A stretch of 64,000 nucleotides of DNA. Origin: Massalongia carnosa (Eukaryota). Location: assembly GCA_965645245.1 (NCBI GenBank), contig OZ287067.1, positions 2,790,001 through 2,854,000 of the forward strand. Direction: 5' to 3'. The position numbers and the translations under genes were made by a program. Under the pieces are notes generated by a model, which searched no databases, was not told the origin of the DNA, and saw nothing but the letters and a program-made list of their open reading frames with translations. Numbering within the stretch: position 1 is the first letter of the stretch; the number at the start of each line of letters is the position of its first letter. This document shows positions 11,585 to 24,025 of this stretch, in pieces.

Positions 11585-13021
11585 TGCCTCTAATCTGACC
11601 TCCCTCGGGATCAATTCACGGTGGATGAATACATCTGTAGTAAGGATGTTAACGTTTTACTTTGTTTAGCGCGGTGCAGGAGGTTGGCATTAATTGTACC
11701 TTCCGTGTCGAAGAAAGGCCCTCCGTAATACTCATAAGCGGTATAACAAAGCTTGCCTTCTGCTGTCAGGATCCCATGACTCCAATTGACTTCGCGCCAC
11801 CGCTTTTCTTCCACAAGAAGAGCTGTTGGCGGGGGACCTAGTAACGCGATCATATCTGCTAGGTGTGCTCGACCATTATAAGTGCCTCGTTTGCAGCGAA
11901 TATTCTTGAATAAGTCTTCGTTCTCCATTAAGTTCCAGATCTGCTTATCACTGTCAGCACAATCCCATTCCATATGATAGAGGGTAGGACGCACCATTAC
12001 ACCGAGGTTCCAGATATCTGCTTTGTAGATCCAGCCCGTTCCTAGCAAAACTTCGGGAGCATGATAAAGAGGCGGCTGAATCGGGTGTCTCTGGGGTTCC
12101 AAAGTATCTCCCGGTTGTGCCAAACCAAAGTCCACTATCTTCGGTAACAAACGGAATGATTTCAGTAGACCGAAATCATTACGTGATTTGAAAATCGATC
12201 GGCCATCCTTGATATTTCAAGTCACAGCGTCTTCGACGTGTCTTTCTACAAAACCTTCGATCACCGAGGGGTGCTCGAGTCCTAACATAACATTATCCAA
12301 TTTGGGGTCTAGGGTACGGTGAGCCTTGAATCACTTTTTCATCAGGCGTAGCCTCAAACGCACCCGTGTGAATGAGGTGACATTCGGAATGAAGATAATC
12401 GAGACCTTGCAATAGAAACCTCAAGTATACCTTGAGAAGTTGTGGTGGGACTTTACCGTCCACCCAGCGCCGTTGGAACAGCCAGAGAGGTTCTCTCATC
12501 GGCTCATAGACAAGGTATAAGTGCGTGCCCGCGGGGCCCGTAACTTGAAAATGATCAAGAATAGCTCTCACGTAATGGAAGCCCACGTGAGATGGATTCT
12601 TTTTCAGGCGTTGACTGATGTGGAGCTCATGTTTTGCCGCATCTTCGTTAATCAAATCCGAGACGATAATCTTCACAGCCACGTAACGGTTGGGCTCCCA
12701 CCACCGTCTACGAAGGTATTAGAGGCAAAATGCATCAAGTCAGCTTACAGCGTACCATCGAGTATCTTGAGCAAGCCATACAGTGGAGGAAGCACCCCAT
12801 CCAACCTTCGTCACGGTCTTATATCTATTGTCCAAAAGATCCCCTGGGTGAACCTGATAAAAATGGTTGGCATTGTAACCGGGATTCTCCTCTCCCTCGA
12901 TGGGGGTCTCAATAGGTAGAACTTCAGTTGAGCGACTGGCAGTCGTGATTGCGCGTGAGGAAGCTGCAAGCGGTGCGAAGAGTTGGAGAACGCGAGACAC
13001 GACGAATTGACGCAATGACAT
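11585..13021 (-). pseudogene. SRPK-like (CMGC) protein kinase pseudogene
   Basis: KVGWGASSTVWLA, VAVK, HTDPKLDN (normally DLK), DFGLA, YHAPEV and DIWNLG. There is an in-frame TGA at 12217-12219, and kinase-like sequence ends before subdomain XI. Confidence 0.8.
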
Positions 13022-15098
13022 TAATAGCTTATTTCTTATTGGGGGAGAGGAGGTAGAAATTGAAGTCTATAACATGGAGGTCCTGCGATTGCTGTGTAGT
13101 CGCATCCATTTTGCTACATCGTCCGCCCGGATTTGTCCTTAGCATTATGATTCTTAGGTATGTAAGTACTTACCGCCCTACGAGAAGAGAGTTTAGTGGT
13201 GGCGTACAGACTGCATCTTGAGTACTTCGTACTCTTGTAATTTACTCTGCAACGAGCAAGAGATCCCATTAGGAATTTTCTTCTATCGCTCGCTGGCGCT
13301 TCCTGAACGAACAAGTAACTATCTACGTCACACACATTGTCGGGCCCAGTTGGAGAGATTCGTATTTTTGTTCAGGTGCTGAAAGCGACCCAACAATCCT
13401 TATGACTATTATTGTGCTTATCGTATGTAAAAATCTAAGGGACGGGAGGAATACTTAATCGCGAAAGTAAAACACCAGATTCACCAACGAGTTGTTTATA
13501 TTCCTCGCCGTAACAGAGCAGGGACTGTGTTTCTTGGCCGTCTGTTTCAACAGGGCGGTCCATGAGTCGCGATGCTGGGTTTATCACCATCATACTCCCA
13601 TCCACGCATCATAGGAATATTTCCCCGAAAGAGATCATCGTTGGCACAGCAACCCACTATGAATAAGCTCAAGGGTAGCAAACGTTGGAAGATGACAACG
13701 CTCGATATAGTGTACATCGGTGTTCCGACATCGAACTTCGTATGGGATTCGGAGGCTGCTGTTAGCGGTGTCCCAGCACCCACAGCCCCTACTTTGGTCT
13801 CGAAGGCGATGCAAGGGCCAAAATTTTGCTTTATGGAGAAGTGGAACAGGTCAAGGCCACCTTGATGTTAGCGATTGCATTGTGTACATGGAACGCCGGA
13901 GCGACGATGGTCACTTTGGAATAGTTCGTTACTATGTTCCACCAGTCATGGCTCGAGCTGCTCTCAGAAGGGTTGAATTCAAATACATGCACCCAAGTCG
14001 TTCTTTTCGATGTATTCTTCACTGCAAGCAAATTCTCCGGTTTTATTGGCTCTTTGTCGCCTATGATAGATACATGTATCATTGCGCTTCCTTTCACTAG
14101 TTATCGTCAGCTCTCTTGTGCATACACTACCGCAAAATCCGGAAGTCCGACTGATTCGCCGTTCACAGATACCCTAGACGCATCAACCAAAGCGTTCGTT
14201 TCAGCTTTAGAACTGAGCACTCTAGATATAGCAATCAGTCCAATCGATTTGGCTCGCACCACTACGGATGGTTCCTAGATTTCCACTGATGGCTTCGGAT
14301 CCGATACCCCTACCTACAAAGAAAGCCCGAGCGACACCTTGGATTCCACCCTTGTTCAAGCTGACCAGCCAGAACCTTTTGTAGACAGGTCGTCTCTGAT
14401 ATTGAGTTAAGCAAATGAAAAATTGGCTCCTTATATTCGACCAAAGAAATGCTCTTGGTTGTCCTTCACCGGATCACGTCCTTGAGGACGATGAGTACGA
14501 GCGAAGTTTTCAAACGGACGGAAGAAAGGGAGAAGCGAACGGAATCGGGGGCCACAACGAGTCTTTTAGGTGACTGGATAGGAATGACAATGTTATAAGA
14601 ATATTTCAATGGTATTTATAGATCAATAGGCAGGTTTCAAAACTGTCGAAGAGGGCAAAACACAACCTTTCTCGGGGCCTGATAAGTTTATTTCGATTAC
14701 ATCTTTGGATTTTTTTTATAGCTGTCTTTGCTCAGGATGCAAGTAGAGGGGTACATAAAGGGTGGAGTGGTGATGGTACCAGGAAGGCAATTTGTAAATG
14801 CTATCATGTTAGAGAGTTGCAGGAATCTCCGGCCACTGCACTGTTCCTTAGGCATACAACGTAACGTTTTAATGATAGGGAGTTCCTTGTGAACTATTGC
14901 ATTAGAAGTGCCTGGGAACTCGCTGTAAATCAATCAGGTTGGAAAGGGGAACTTCATGATTAGGTCATCCTTGACTAACTCATGCCGCTGCCCGCCCCCA
15001 CTAGTTATATGGTTTCTTCGACTTCATGCAAAGTACTCTCTCTGGAGTATTTTATACAGAATACAATCAGCCAGTAATTTCTCTGTATCTCTGTAAAT

Positions 15099-16744
15099 AT
15101 GGTTCTCCAAGATCTGGGGCGGCGGATCAATGCCGCTGTCTCAGACCTGACAAGGTCGAGCAACCTTGATGAAAAGGTGATCAGATTCACATTCTCCTAG
15201 TAATGTAGGATCTTCTAATCCCATTCGTGTAGGCTTTCGATGGCATGATCAAAGAAATATGCGCCGCCCTTCTCGAAGCAGACGTGAATGTCAAACTCGT
15301 GGGCACCCTCCGCAAATCCATCAAAGCTACGGTCAACTTCAAAGATATTCCCCCTGCTGTCAACAAAAAAAGACTCATTCAGAAAGCCGTGTTTGATGAG
15401 CTGGTCAAGTTGGTGGATCCACATGCTGAGCCTTTCAAACCAAAAAAGGGAAAGCCAAATGTTATCATGTTTGTCGGCCTTCAGGGCTCCGGTAAAACCA
15501 CCACCTGCACTAAACTTGCTCGTCACTACCAGACCCGTGGCTTTAAGTCGTGTCTGGTCTGCGCCGATACCTTTCGTGCTGGTGCATTCGACCAGCTAAA
15601 ACAGAATGCTACTAAAGCGAAAATTCCCTACTTCGGCTCCCTCACCTCGACTGATCCCGCCCAGGTCGCTGCAGAGGGTGTTGCAAAATTCAAGAAAGAG
15701 CGCTTCGAGATTATCATAGTTGATACCTCAGGCCGCCATCGTCAAGAGAAAGACCTCTTCGACGAAATGACCCAGATCCAAGCCGCAATCACTCCAGACC
15801 AAACAATCATGGTTCTGGACGCTACCATCGGTCAGCAAGCCGAAGCTCAATCCAAAGCCTTCAAAGAAACCGCCGACTACGGTGCCATCATCATCACCAA
15901 AACCGACGGCCACGCCTCCGGCGGCGGTGCTATTTCCGCTGTCGCAGCTACTCATACCCCCATCGTTTTTATCGGCACCGGCGAGCACATGCTTGATCTC
16001 GAGCGTTTCTCCCCGCAGCCATTCGTCAGCAAGCTCCTCGGCATGGGTGACATGGCCGGCCTAGTCGAGCACGTGCAAGCCCTAAAACTCGACCAAAAGG
16101 ACACGATGAAGCATCTTGCAGAAGGTGTCTTCACCGTGCGCGACCTGCGGGACCAATTGCAAAACATCATGAAGATGGGACCATTGTCCAAAATGGCGTC
16201 CATGCTGCCTGGTCTCGGCCAGATGATGGGCGGCATGGATGACGAGGAGGGCAGCGCAAAGATGAAACGCATGATTTACATCTGCGACAGCATGACGATG
16301 CGCGAGCTCGATTCCGACGGCCGTGTCTTCGTCGAGCAGCCGACGCGGATGACACGCATCGCGCACGGGAGCGGCACGAGCGTGCGTGAGGTTGAGGAGC
16401 TGCTCAGCCAGCAGCGCGTTATGGCTGGGATGGCTAAAAAGATGGGCGGCATGGGCAAGAACATGGCAAAGGCGCAAGGGGCTCTAGGCGGGGGCAATCG
16501 CCAGCAGCAAATGGCCGCTATGCAGAAGCGCATGCAGAGTCTTGGCGGTGGTAGTGGGGCCGGCGGAGCTGCGGGTGGAGCGGGCGGCATGCCGGATATG
16601 GCGGCTATGATGAAGATGATGGGAGGCATGGCGGGGCAGGGAGGTGGGGGGATGCCAGACATGTCGAGTATGATGAAGATGATGGGGAGCATGGGGGGCA
16701 TGGGTGGTGGGTCTGGTGGGAGAGGAGGCCGGAGCGGCCGATGA
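15099..16744 (+). CDS. SRP54: Signal recognition particle 54 kDa GTPase, 2 exons
   Basis: Exon 1 [11 protein letters not shown], then [27 protein letters not shown] and a Met/Gly-rich M domain. Confidence 0.98.
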
Positions 16745-17116
16745 AGGAAGAGCGGAACCAAACTCGTGGTTGGATTAGGAACGTCATCGATCATTTTCAC
16801 CTTTCCTGTTCTCATCTTTCGGGTTGGGGATCTCTGAGATGCATAGCGTTGGGGGGTTTTGGAAAATACGAAACCGGCGTTTAGTTAAAGGTTGGGGGGG
16901 TTCCCAATGGGTGAGGTAGAGCGGGACGGCGGCCATGGATGGGACTTGAGAGAACGAGCCGGGATGGATTTTCGGTAGGAGGAAAGGGTATATAGAGGAG
17001 TTTTGGGGTGAATCGTATCTCGGGCTCGGTAGTTCCAAAAGGATTATAACTCTGCATCCGATCCCCCAAAAAGCCTTCACCTCTTTCCCTCTCCTTGAAC
17101 ACCATCATCATCACCA

Positions 17117-18322
17117 TCATCTAAAAAGCCTCCTTCCCCCTAACCTCGCAGCCCCCGTCCCCGGCACCCCAAGCCCCAAACTCCACCCTCCTAGCCCCGC
17201 CCCTCCCCCTTCCCCATCGCGCTTATACCGTCTCAACGCCTCCCTCAAATGATCCGGCAGCAAGGGGCCGAGACCGGGGCTCCTGGGTTCTGGTGCCGTT
17301 ATCGGCGCTTCGGCGATGGTTTCCGCGGAGGAGCTGGGATTGGGGTTGACGGCCGCAAGAGGAGGAGAGAGAGCAGAGGGCGGGGGGGAGGCGTACTGGA
17401 GCTGGATTTCGCGAGCGCGCTCGATGAGGGTCCCGATGAAGATCTTGGTGTAGCCGTTTATGGTGGTGATGACGGAAGGGGGCACGGATTGGGAGAGCGT
17501 CTGGTTGGCGATCTGTGAGGCCCCCGGGAGGGGGGTTTGGTTAGGCATGTCTACAAAAGGAGGAAGCGGGTAAAAAAGGAAAGAAAAAAAAGGGGGGGGA
17601 AAGCAACGTGAATGGAGGAAGGAAGTGGAGGTTAACGGTTACCTTGCGGACGGTTTCTTTCTTTAGTTTGACCCGGCGGAACATATCGTAACGGTCGTTT
17701 TGCTCGTGGTTGAAGGCGTCGACGAGAACGCTAGGGGAAGGTAGGAGTGGGGGCTGTTAGCTAGAACGATTCAAAGGGGCCGGGATGCTGTTGCCTAGGG
17801 TACATGGGATATAGCAAGCGGTGATAGATAAACTCACGTCAGATTCTTCTTCTCGGCAGCTTTATCCACCTTCTCCCCATCATGCTCCAGTCCCTCGTCC
17901 CCCTCCCCATCCACGTCCTCCTCTTCCTCTTCCTCCTGCGCCTGCCCCGCCGCGCTCCCCTCCACGGCTCCCTTTACCCCGCTCTTCACACTCTCTTCTC
18001 CCCCTTTCTTCTTCCTCCCGGGGCCCCTCTTCCTCCTAGTGCCCGTCCCTGCGGTGACCACGCTCCGCCCGCCCGTCACGCCCGTGGCATCGCTGTCGAC
18101 GCTGGGGCTGCGCGCGCCGCCAGTCGTGAGGGCCGCTTCTTCGGGCGGGAACGATGTTTGCCGCAGCGGGTGCGACGTGCCCGGCGTCGTGGTGGCTGAG
18201 ACTGAGGTGGGTTTGCGGCGTTTGGAAGGGGGGGGTTGGGAGGTTACGGAGAGGGAGGGGCGCTTTTTGGGGTTGGGGAGGGGGTGGTAAGCTGGCGTGG
18301 GGCGGTGGGGTGGTGAGGCCAT
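17117..18322 (-). CDS. TAF11: TFIID subunit TAF11 (hTAFII28 histone fold), 3 exons
   Basis: HPLRQTSFPP. The middle exon reads VLVDAFNHEQNDRYDMFRRVKLKKETVRK, followed by IANQTLSQSVP...KIFIGTLIERA and GPLLPDHLREALRRY. Confidence 0.92.
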
Positions 18323-18689
18323 TGTAAGAATTGGAATCGAGGGACGTGAGCCTATCGTTGTTGCAAAGGTCGTTGCGTTGACTTAAGCTGATGTCCCATG
18401 CGGATGTGGTGGTTTCAATCAAGAACTGGGGTTGATGAAGGTGTCAATTCAATTTCTATTCAATTGAATTCGCTTGGCATAAGTAGAAAAGGTTAAAGGT
18501 GCGCATTTCCGGAATATGTTAATTACTGTAACATGAGGGACAGTCAGAAGATAGGTATTCCAGTATCACAACTCATAACGTGCGATCCCAATCTAAATCG
18601 CCTTCGGACCAGAATATCTTTCATCTATTCGCAAAACATACACTTAATAAACTCCCACCCTCAACCATTCAAAATATTGGCCTTGCACC

Positions 18690-19592
18690 ATGCAGAAATT
18701 CTACGTAAGCCCCTCCTCTCCCCCAACTTCACCCGTTCAACTCTCTAACTACCACCCCCCTCAGTTCGGCGACTCCGACTCCGACTCCTCCGACACCGAC
18801 CTCCCCTATCCCCAACCGCTCACGCGCGCCTCCTTCCTCGCGCCCGATTTCACACCTACCTCCTTCCTATCCAGCCTTCACGACCGGCATCAAACGCTCG
18901 AGGATCTGCGCGCCGAACTGTGCGCCCGCAGCCAGACGCTGCATAAAGAGTTACTGGACCTCGTGAATGAGAACTACGCCGATTTCCTGTCGCTAGGGGC
19001 CAGTCTGCGGGGCGGGGACGAGAAGGTGGAGGAAGTGAGGGTGGGGCTTTGGGGGTTTAAGAGGGATGTGGAAGGGTTGAGGGGGAGGGTGGAGGCAAGA
19101 AGAGAGGAGGTGGAGGGATTGTTAAAGGAACGAAAACGCATTCGGGGAGAGGTGCTGCTGGGACGAGGCTTGTTGGAGGTGGAAGAGAGGGTTAGGAATT
19201 TGGAGGAGAGGCTGGCGGTTGGGGATGAGAGAGGAGAGGGGGGGGATGTTAGCGATAGCGAAGAGGAGAGCGAGGGGGAGGAGAATGAAGGCGTGGTTTC
19301 GCCCTCGAGGCTGAGAAAACATGCGCAGCGGTACCTGCTTATTCGGCGGCTGGTGGAGCGCATCGGGCCTGAGCATCCATTTTTGGTGAAGCTGGAGGAG
19401 AGGATTCTACGGCTGCGGCAGACGGTCCTGCTAGATTTGAGCAATGCGTTGAAGGGGATGCAAGCGTCCAGCGATGAGGAGAAGGGGAGGGTAATGAAGA
19501 TATTAGGGATTTATAGGGATATGGGAGAGTCGGATGAGGCGCTGAAGGTGCTAAGGGCGTGGAAGCGTCAATCCTCAGTTATAGCGATTTGA
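18690..19592 (+). CDS. COG2: Conserved oligomeric Golgi complex subunit 2
   Basis: LPYPQPLTRASFLAPDFTP and RHQTLEDLRAEL...LLDLVNENYADFLSLG. Confidence 0.88.
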   Translation: MQKFYVSPSSPPTSPVQLSNYHPPQFGDSDSDSSDTDLPYPQPLTRASFLAPDFTPTSFLSSLHDRHQTLEDLRAELCARSQTLHKELLDLVNENYADFLSLGASLRGGDEKVEEVRVGLWGFKRDVEGLRGRVEARREEVEGLLKERKRIRGEVLLGRGLLEVEERVRNLEERLAVGDERGEGGDVSDSEEESEGEENEGVVSPSRLRKHAQRYLLIRRLVERIGPEHPFLVKLEERILRLRQTVLLDLSNALKGMQASSDEEKGRVMKILGIYRDMGESDEALKVLRAWKRQSSVIAI

Positions 19593-19930
19593 GATTGATA
19601 GTGTAAGCTTACAACGGATTTCCTAGAGTTGTCTCTGAAATCAGGTGAGACAATTTTTCGTGAGGAGAGCGTTATGATGCATGTAAGTAAAAACTTAAGA
19701 CGGCTTAAACGCGAACAGGTTCCTCGGGAGGATCGATTGCATCAAGCCATAGCTGTTTGCAGCTGACTGTATATTCATACGTTCATAGTCCATCTGTGCT
19801 CTCGTAGGTGAACCAGGGAAAACTTTCATCTTATTAACAAGAAAGACACGTAGCGTCTAAAGCAGCGCTTTGAATGGGACCCTCATTGTCTCATCAATCA
19901 GTAGGGCCTACGTTCCCCATAAACATGATC

Positions 19931-22193
19931 CTATTTGATAGCCTTTCCTGTGGGAATGTTAAACAACACAGCCGGTTTCCCATGAATAAAAGGCCGATCG
20001 ACCCTAAAATACCCCTTCCGCTCAAACTGGATGATATCGTTCTCCTTCAGCTCCGCAACATTACTGTCTGCAAGAGCTTCGGTGCGGAACTCCGTGTTCT
20101 TATTCAGAAAGTCCTCCACGTTATCTTCTTCCTCAAGCTTGTCCTTGGTGATCAGGTAGTCGAAATCGACAAGCTCCACAGGGATGAGCTCCTGCCCCTG
20201 GGTAGATAGCCATGTGATCTTCTGTTTAGTCTTCTTGACGTCGCCTTGGAGGTGTAGTTCGAGCTCTAGACCGGTGACGAGCCGGTTTAGCGGGTTGAGA
20301 GAGTGGGAGATCTTGCGGACCAAGGCGTTGCCCCAGGTCATGAGGGTGATTTCCTCATCTTCCGCAAAGTTTTGCGCGTCGGCTTGGTCGATTAGAATGG
20401 TATTACTAAAGGCAACTTTCTTGGTCCCTAGGTCGGGGTTTTTGCCATGCTTAGGCCTATCTTCGGTATAGGCCGCGACCCTCGCGCCCTTCACGGTCGC
20501 AGTGATGGCGTTTTCCTTGGTGACTGCTGTATGTCTGGGTGCCACCGGGTCAATGTATTTTTTGTTAGTGGCCCAGAAAAGCGTCCAGTCCAGATTGACA
20601 ATGTTCCTACTTGGACCTTGGTTCAAGATAAATTCCCGGAGAGCATCGATTGTCATGCCACGACGTCGAATTCCACGGATTGTAGGAAACCTCGGATCGT
20701 CCCAGCCCCAAACAACCCCTTCTTCAACAAACTTGGCTAATTTTCGTTTCGACAGCAGCGTACGGATGAAATTCATCCTGGCAAAGTCCCATATATGTAC
20801 ATTTCTCAGATTGAGAGCCTCAAGCATCCATTTATATTGAGGATTTCGATCTCTATATTCAATAGTTCTCAAGGCATGCGTAATACCCTCCATCGAGTCA
20901 ACTATGGGACAGCAGAAGTCGTAAGTGGGATAAATTTTCCATTTGTTGCCGGTTCGATGATGCGGTAAAGGATTGCAACGATAGATAACCGGGTCACGCA
21001 TGGCCTTGTTGGGATTATCAACAGACATTTTAGCTCTTACACACCATCTCACTCCCTCCTCGGTACCTTGTTTCATTTCCTCAAAATGTGCAAGGTTCTC
21101 CTCCTTACCCGCCTCGCGTCGCTTGCTTGCTATGCCGTTCATCCTTTCCTCACGCATAGTCATTTGATCGGTGTCATCAACATATGCCTTACCTTCTTTG
21201 ATAAGCCTGATGCAATATTGGTATAGTTCCTCAAAGTAATCGCTCGTATAGCTTGTCTTGTCTGGTCGAATTCCCATCAGCGCCAGATCCTCAACAATGG
21301 CATCTTGGAATTCTTCCTTCTCCTTGGATGGATTGGTATCATCAAACCGGCAAATCATAGTTCCCTTATATTTCTCATGAGCAAAAAAATCATTCAGCAG
21401 AGCTGCTTTCGCGTGTCCAATGTGCAAATAGCCTCTGTATATCAAATTAGAAGATGGTCTCCAATCCATACGTTTAGCATCGCTTACGATGGCTCGGGAG
21501 GAAATCTTGTCACAACTCCTTTCTCGGTGTCTGGCAAAGCAATGTCATAGCTCCCACCTTCTTTACTCTTGGCCGATTTTTTCTCCTGCGCTTGGGCGTT
21601 CAAAGACTGAAGTGCTGCCGTGATCCAGGGATTGGTCTCCTCGATGAATTTAAACCAACGGCTGACATTCAAAAAGCTGCCCTTCTTGATGGCAGCATAT
21701 GCGATCTTATTTCCCCGAAGAGTTCCCCATACAGATAAATCCGCAACGGTAATACTATACCCTACAACATACGAGCGAAGTGTCAAATGAGAGTCTAGCT
21801 CAAGTAAAGGCCCTTCCACGGATTTAAAGTCTGTAGAAACAAACATTGGAGTGCAGCTGAGCCATTCTTTCACCTGCGCGCTGTCAATGAAATCCCCCCC
21901 CCTCCAAGTATTTCTAGCCGGAATATAGAGCCTACGGAATTTTGATGCTTTCCTTGTAGTACAAGGTATGTTTCAAAGAGTTGCTCAATGGCCTTCTCAG
22001 AACCGTAGACTGGCGGACTGTTTTCAAATACTAATTGCACGGATGCACCATCACCGCATTTTACACCATCAACTTCCTCGAACTTGATAGTGACTGATGC
22101 GTTGGGATCCAATTCATTTGCATAGCTTGCAACCAACACGGCAGGGAGCGTTGTTGCTTGATTGGCCTTGGAGGCAACAGTAAGAGTAGCCAT
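19931..22193 (-). CDS. GUS1: Cytosolic glutamyl-tRNA synthetase, 3 exons
   Basis: GST-like N-terminal domain, TRFPPEPS/GYLHIGH (HIGH motif), RFDDTNP, LSKRK and WDDPR. Confidence 0.97.
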
Positions 22194-22411
22194 GATAGCT
22201 ACACCTGTCCTCTCAAGTTTCACTATCAAAACAGCAATATCACATGTAATTGGGGAGGAAAGCAAGATGGGAAGAGGTTACTCATGTTAGTACAGAGTAC
22301 ATACATCAAATGCTTCACTCTGATTGGCCGCGGCCGAACCCTTCAACAACCACCAAACAAAACAGTTCCGCCCTCAACATCATCAGCTCTCAAACTCTCA
22401 AACATCAAATC

Positions 22412-23552
22412 ATGGCCACCACCTTCAGAATCCCCCAGCTCCTCCACCGATCCTATCGTCCCGTAATCCAATGCCTGGCCAGCAACCCAGCTCAAACAAT
22501 CCTTCTCCCAATCCGTCACGCCTCTGGCAAAAGCGATGGCAAAGGCAAAGCTAAGAAGAAGAAGAAGAAGAAATCACGCTCCACCTTCCGCCAATATGAT
22601 CTTAAAGATGCCGAGCAATTCTCACTGTGTGACGCGATGCGGTAATCCCAACTCCCTTCTCCGTCCCTTCCCCCCCCGCCTCATCCTCAAACTCCAGCTC
22701 CCCAAAAAACTAACCCCTCTCCTTCCCCACCCAGCTACATCCGCGCCTTCGAAGTCGGCCACCCCCCAACCTCCTCCAAATATGACATAGCACTAAAACT
22801 GCGCACTCCAAAAAATGGCCCGGCGATCCGCAACCGGCTCCGGCTCCCCCACGCTATCAAAACGGCCCTCCGCATCGCCGTGATCTGCCCCTCTCCCTCC
22901 CCAATCGCCACCGCCGCCCTCGCTTCCGGCGCCACCATCTGCGGCGATGACGACCTACTCGCCCTAATCCGCGACTCACCCGCCAGCCTCCCGTTCGACC
23001 GGCTACTCTGCCACATGGACTCTGCGCCGAAGCTCGCCAAAGCCAACCTGGGCCGCGTCCTGGGGCCGAAGGGCATGATGCCCAACGCGAAGCTGGGCAC
23101 TGTAACGCGAGACGTCGGCGCCGCGGTCAAGAGCATGGTGGGCGCGAGCGAGTATCGTGAGAAGCTGGGGGTGATCCGCATGGCGGTCGGGCAGCTAGGG
23201 TTTACGCCTGAGGAGCTGCAGCGCAACATCCGTGTGTTCATGGAGGGCGTGAAGCGGGACGTGGCAGGCATGAGTGAGAGGGTCACCAAGGAGATTCATG
23301 AAGTGGTGGGTCTTTCGCCCTTTACACATTCTTCCCGGTCCTAGTATGAGGGGGTTAGCTCTCGTCCAGGGATGACAGGGTTACATTACAGGGGATCAAA
23401 AAGGCCTCGTTTTTTGCCATGGTTTTGATTGGTGGATAGTGTTGATCTGGTTCCCACAGGTCCTAAGTTCCACCAATGCACCGGGCTTCCCTCTCAATGG
23501 CGAATTCAGAAGCCCAATATCCCCGCCGACGCGAGACCTTTCTGTCATATGA
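22412..23552 (+). CDS. MRPL1: Mitochondrial ribosomal protein uL1m, 3 exons
   Basis: EQFSLCDAMR/YIRAFEVG, RNRLRLPH and LGRVLGPKGMMP. The last exon reads VLSSTNAPGFPLNG...*. Confidence 0.92.
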
Positions 23553-24025
23553 CGCTGGAAACGGAGCGGGTGACGCTTGATTACGTCAATCATACAAAAG
23601 CAAGATATACATGACAGAACTTGGCAAATCTCATTTTAGTTGTCTTGGGTTTAAGATTACCAAGGCAACACATTGAATATGGACGCCATCTATGTACTTT
23701 AACGGTATGGGTGTGCTGGTAGTGGCAGTGGAGGGTTGAGGAGTACTGGCCATAGAATCCTTGTTCTTTGTTCAAGCTTTCAATCCCATCGTACAGCGTA
23801 CCTCTGGGCTTCACACCGCAGCGTCAGGTAGGCAGCAAAGCAAGCAGCCCGGGCTCTTCTCCTTCATGTATGCAATCCCAGCAAATCCATGCTTCCTTGT
23901 ATGTACACCACAGCAAAACCCAGGAAAGAAACAACCCTTCCTTTCAGTCCGGTAAACCCCTTTTTCTTCCCAACTCCATGCTTTCTAGCTACAAATTCCA
24001 AAAAAAAAGCCCCCGACCCCTTAAC

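Noticed and set aside
13400..14410. Possible decayed secreted-protein gene
   Set aside because: No coherent exon structure could be built. Only a Ser/Thr/Asp-rich stretch with an internal TAG is visible.
23306..23459. Intronic snoRNA in the longer MRPL1 intron
   Set aside because: No convincing C/D or H/ACA box pair.
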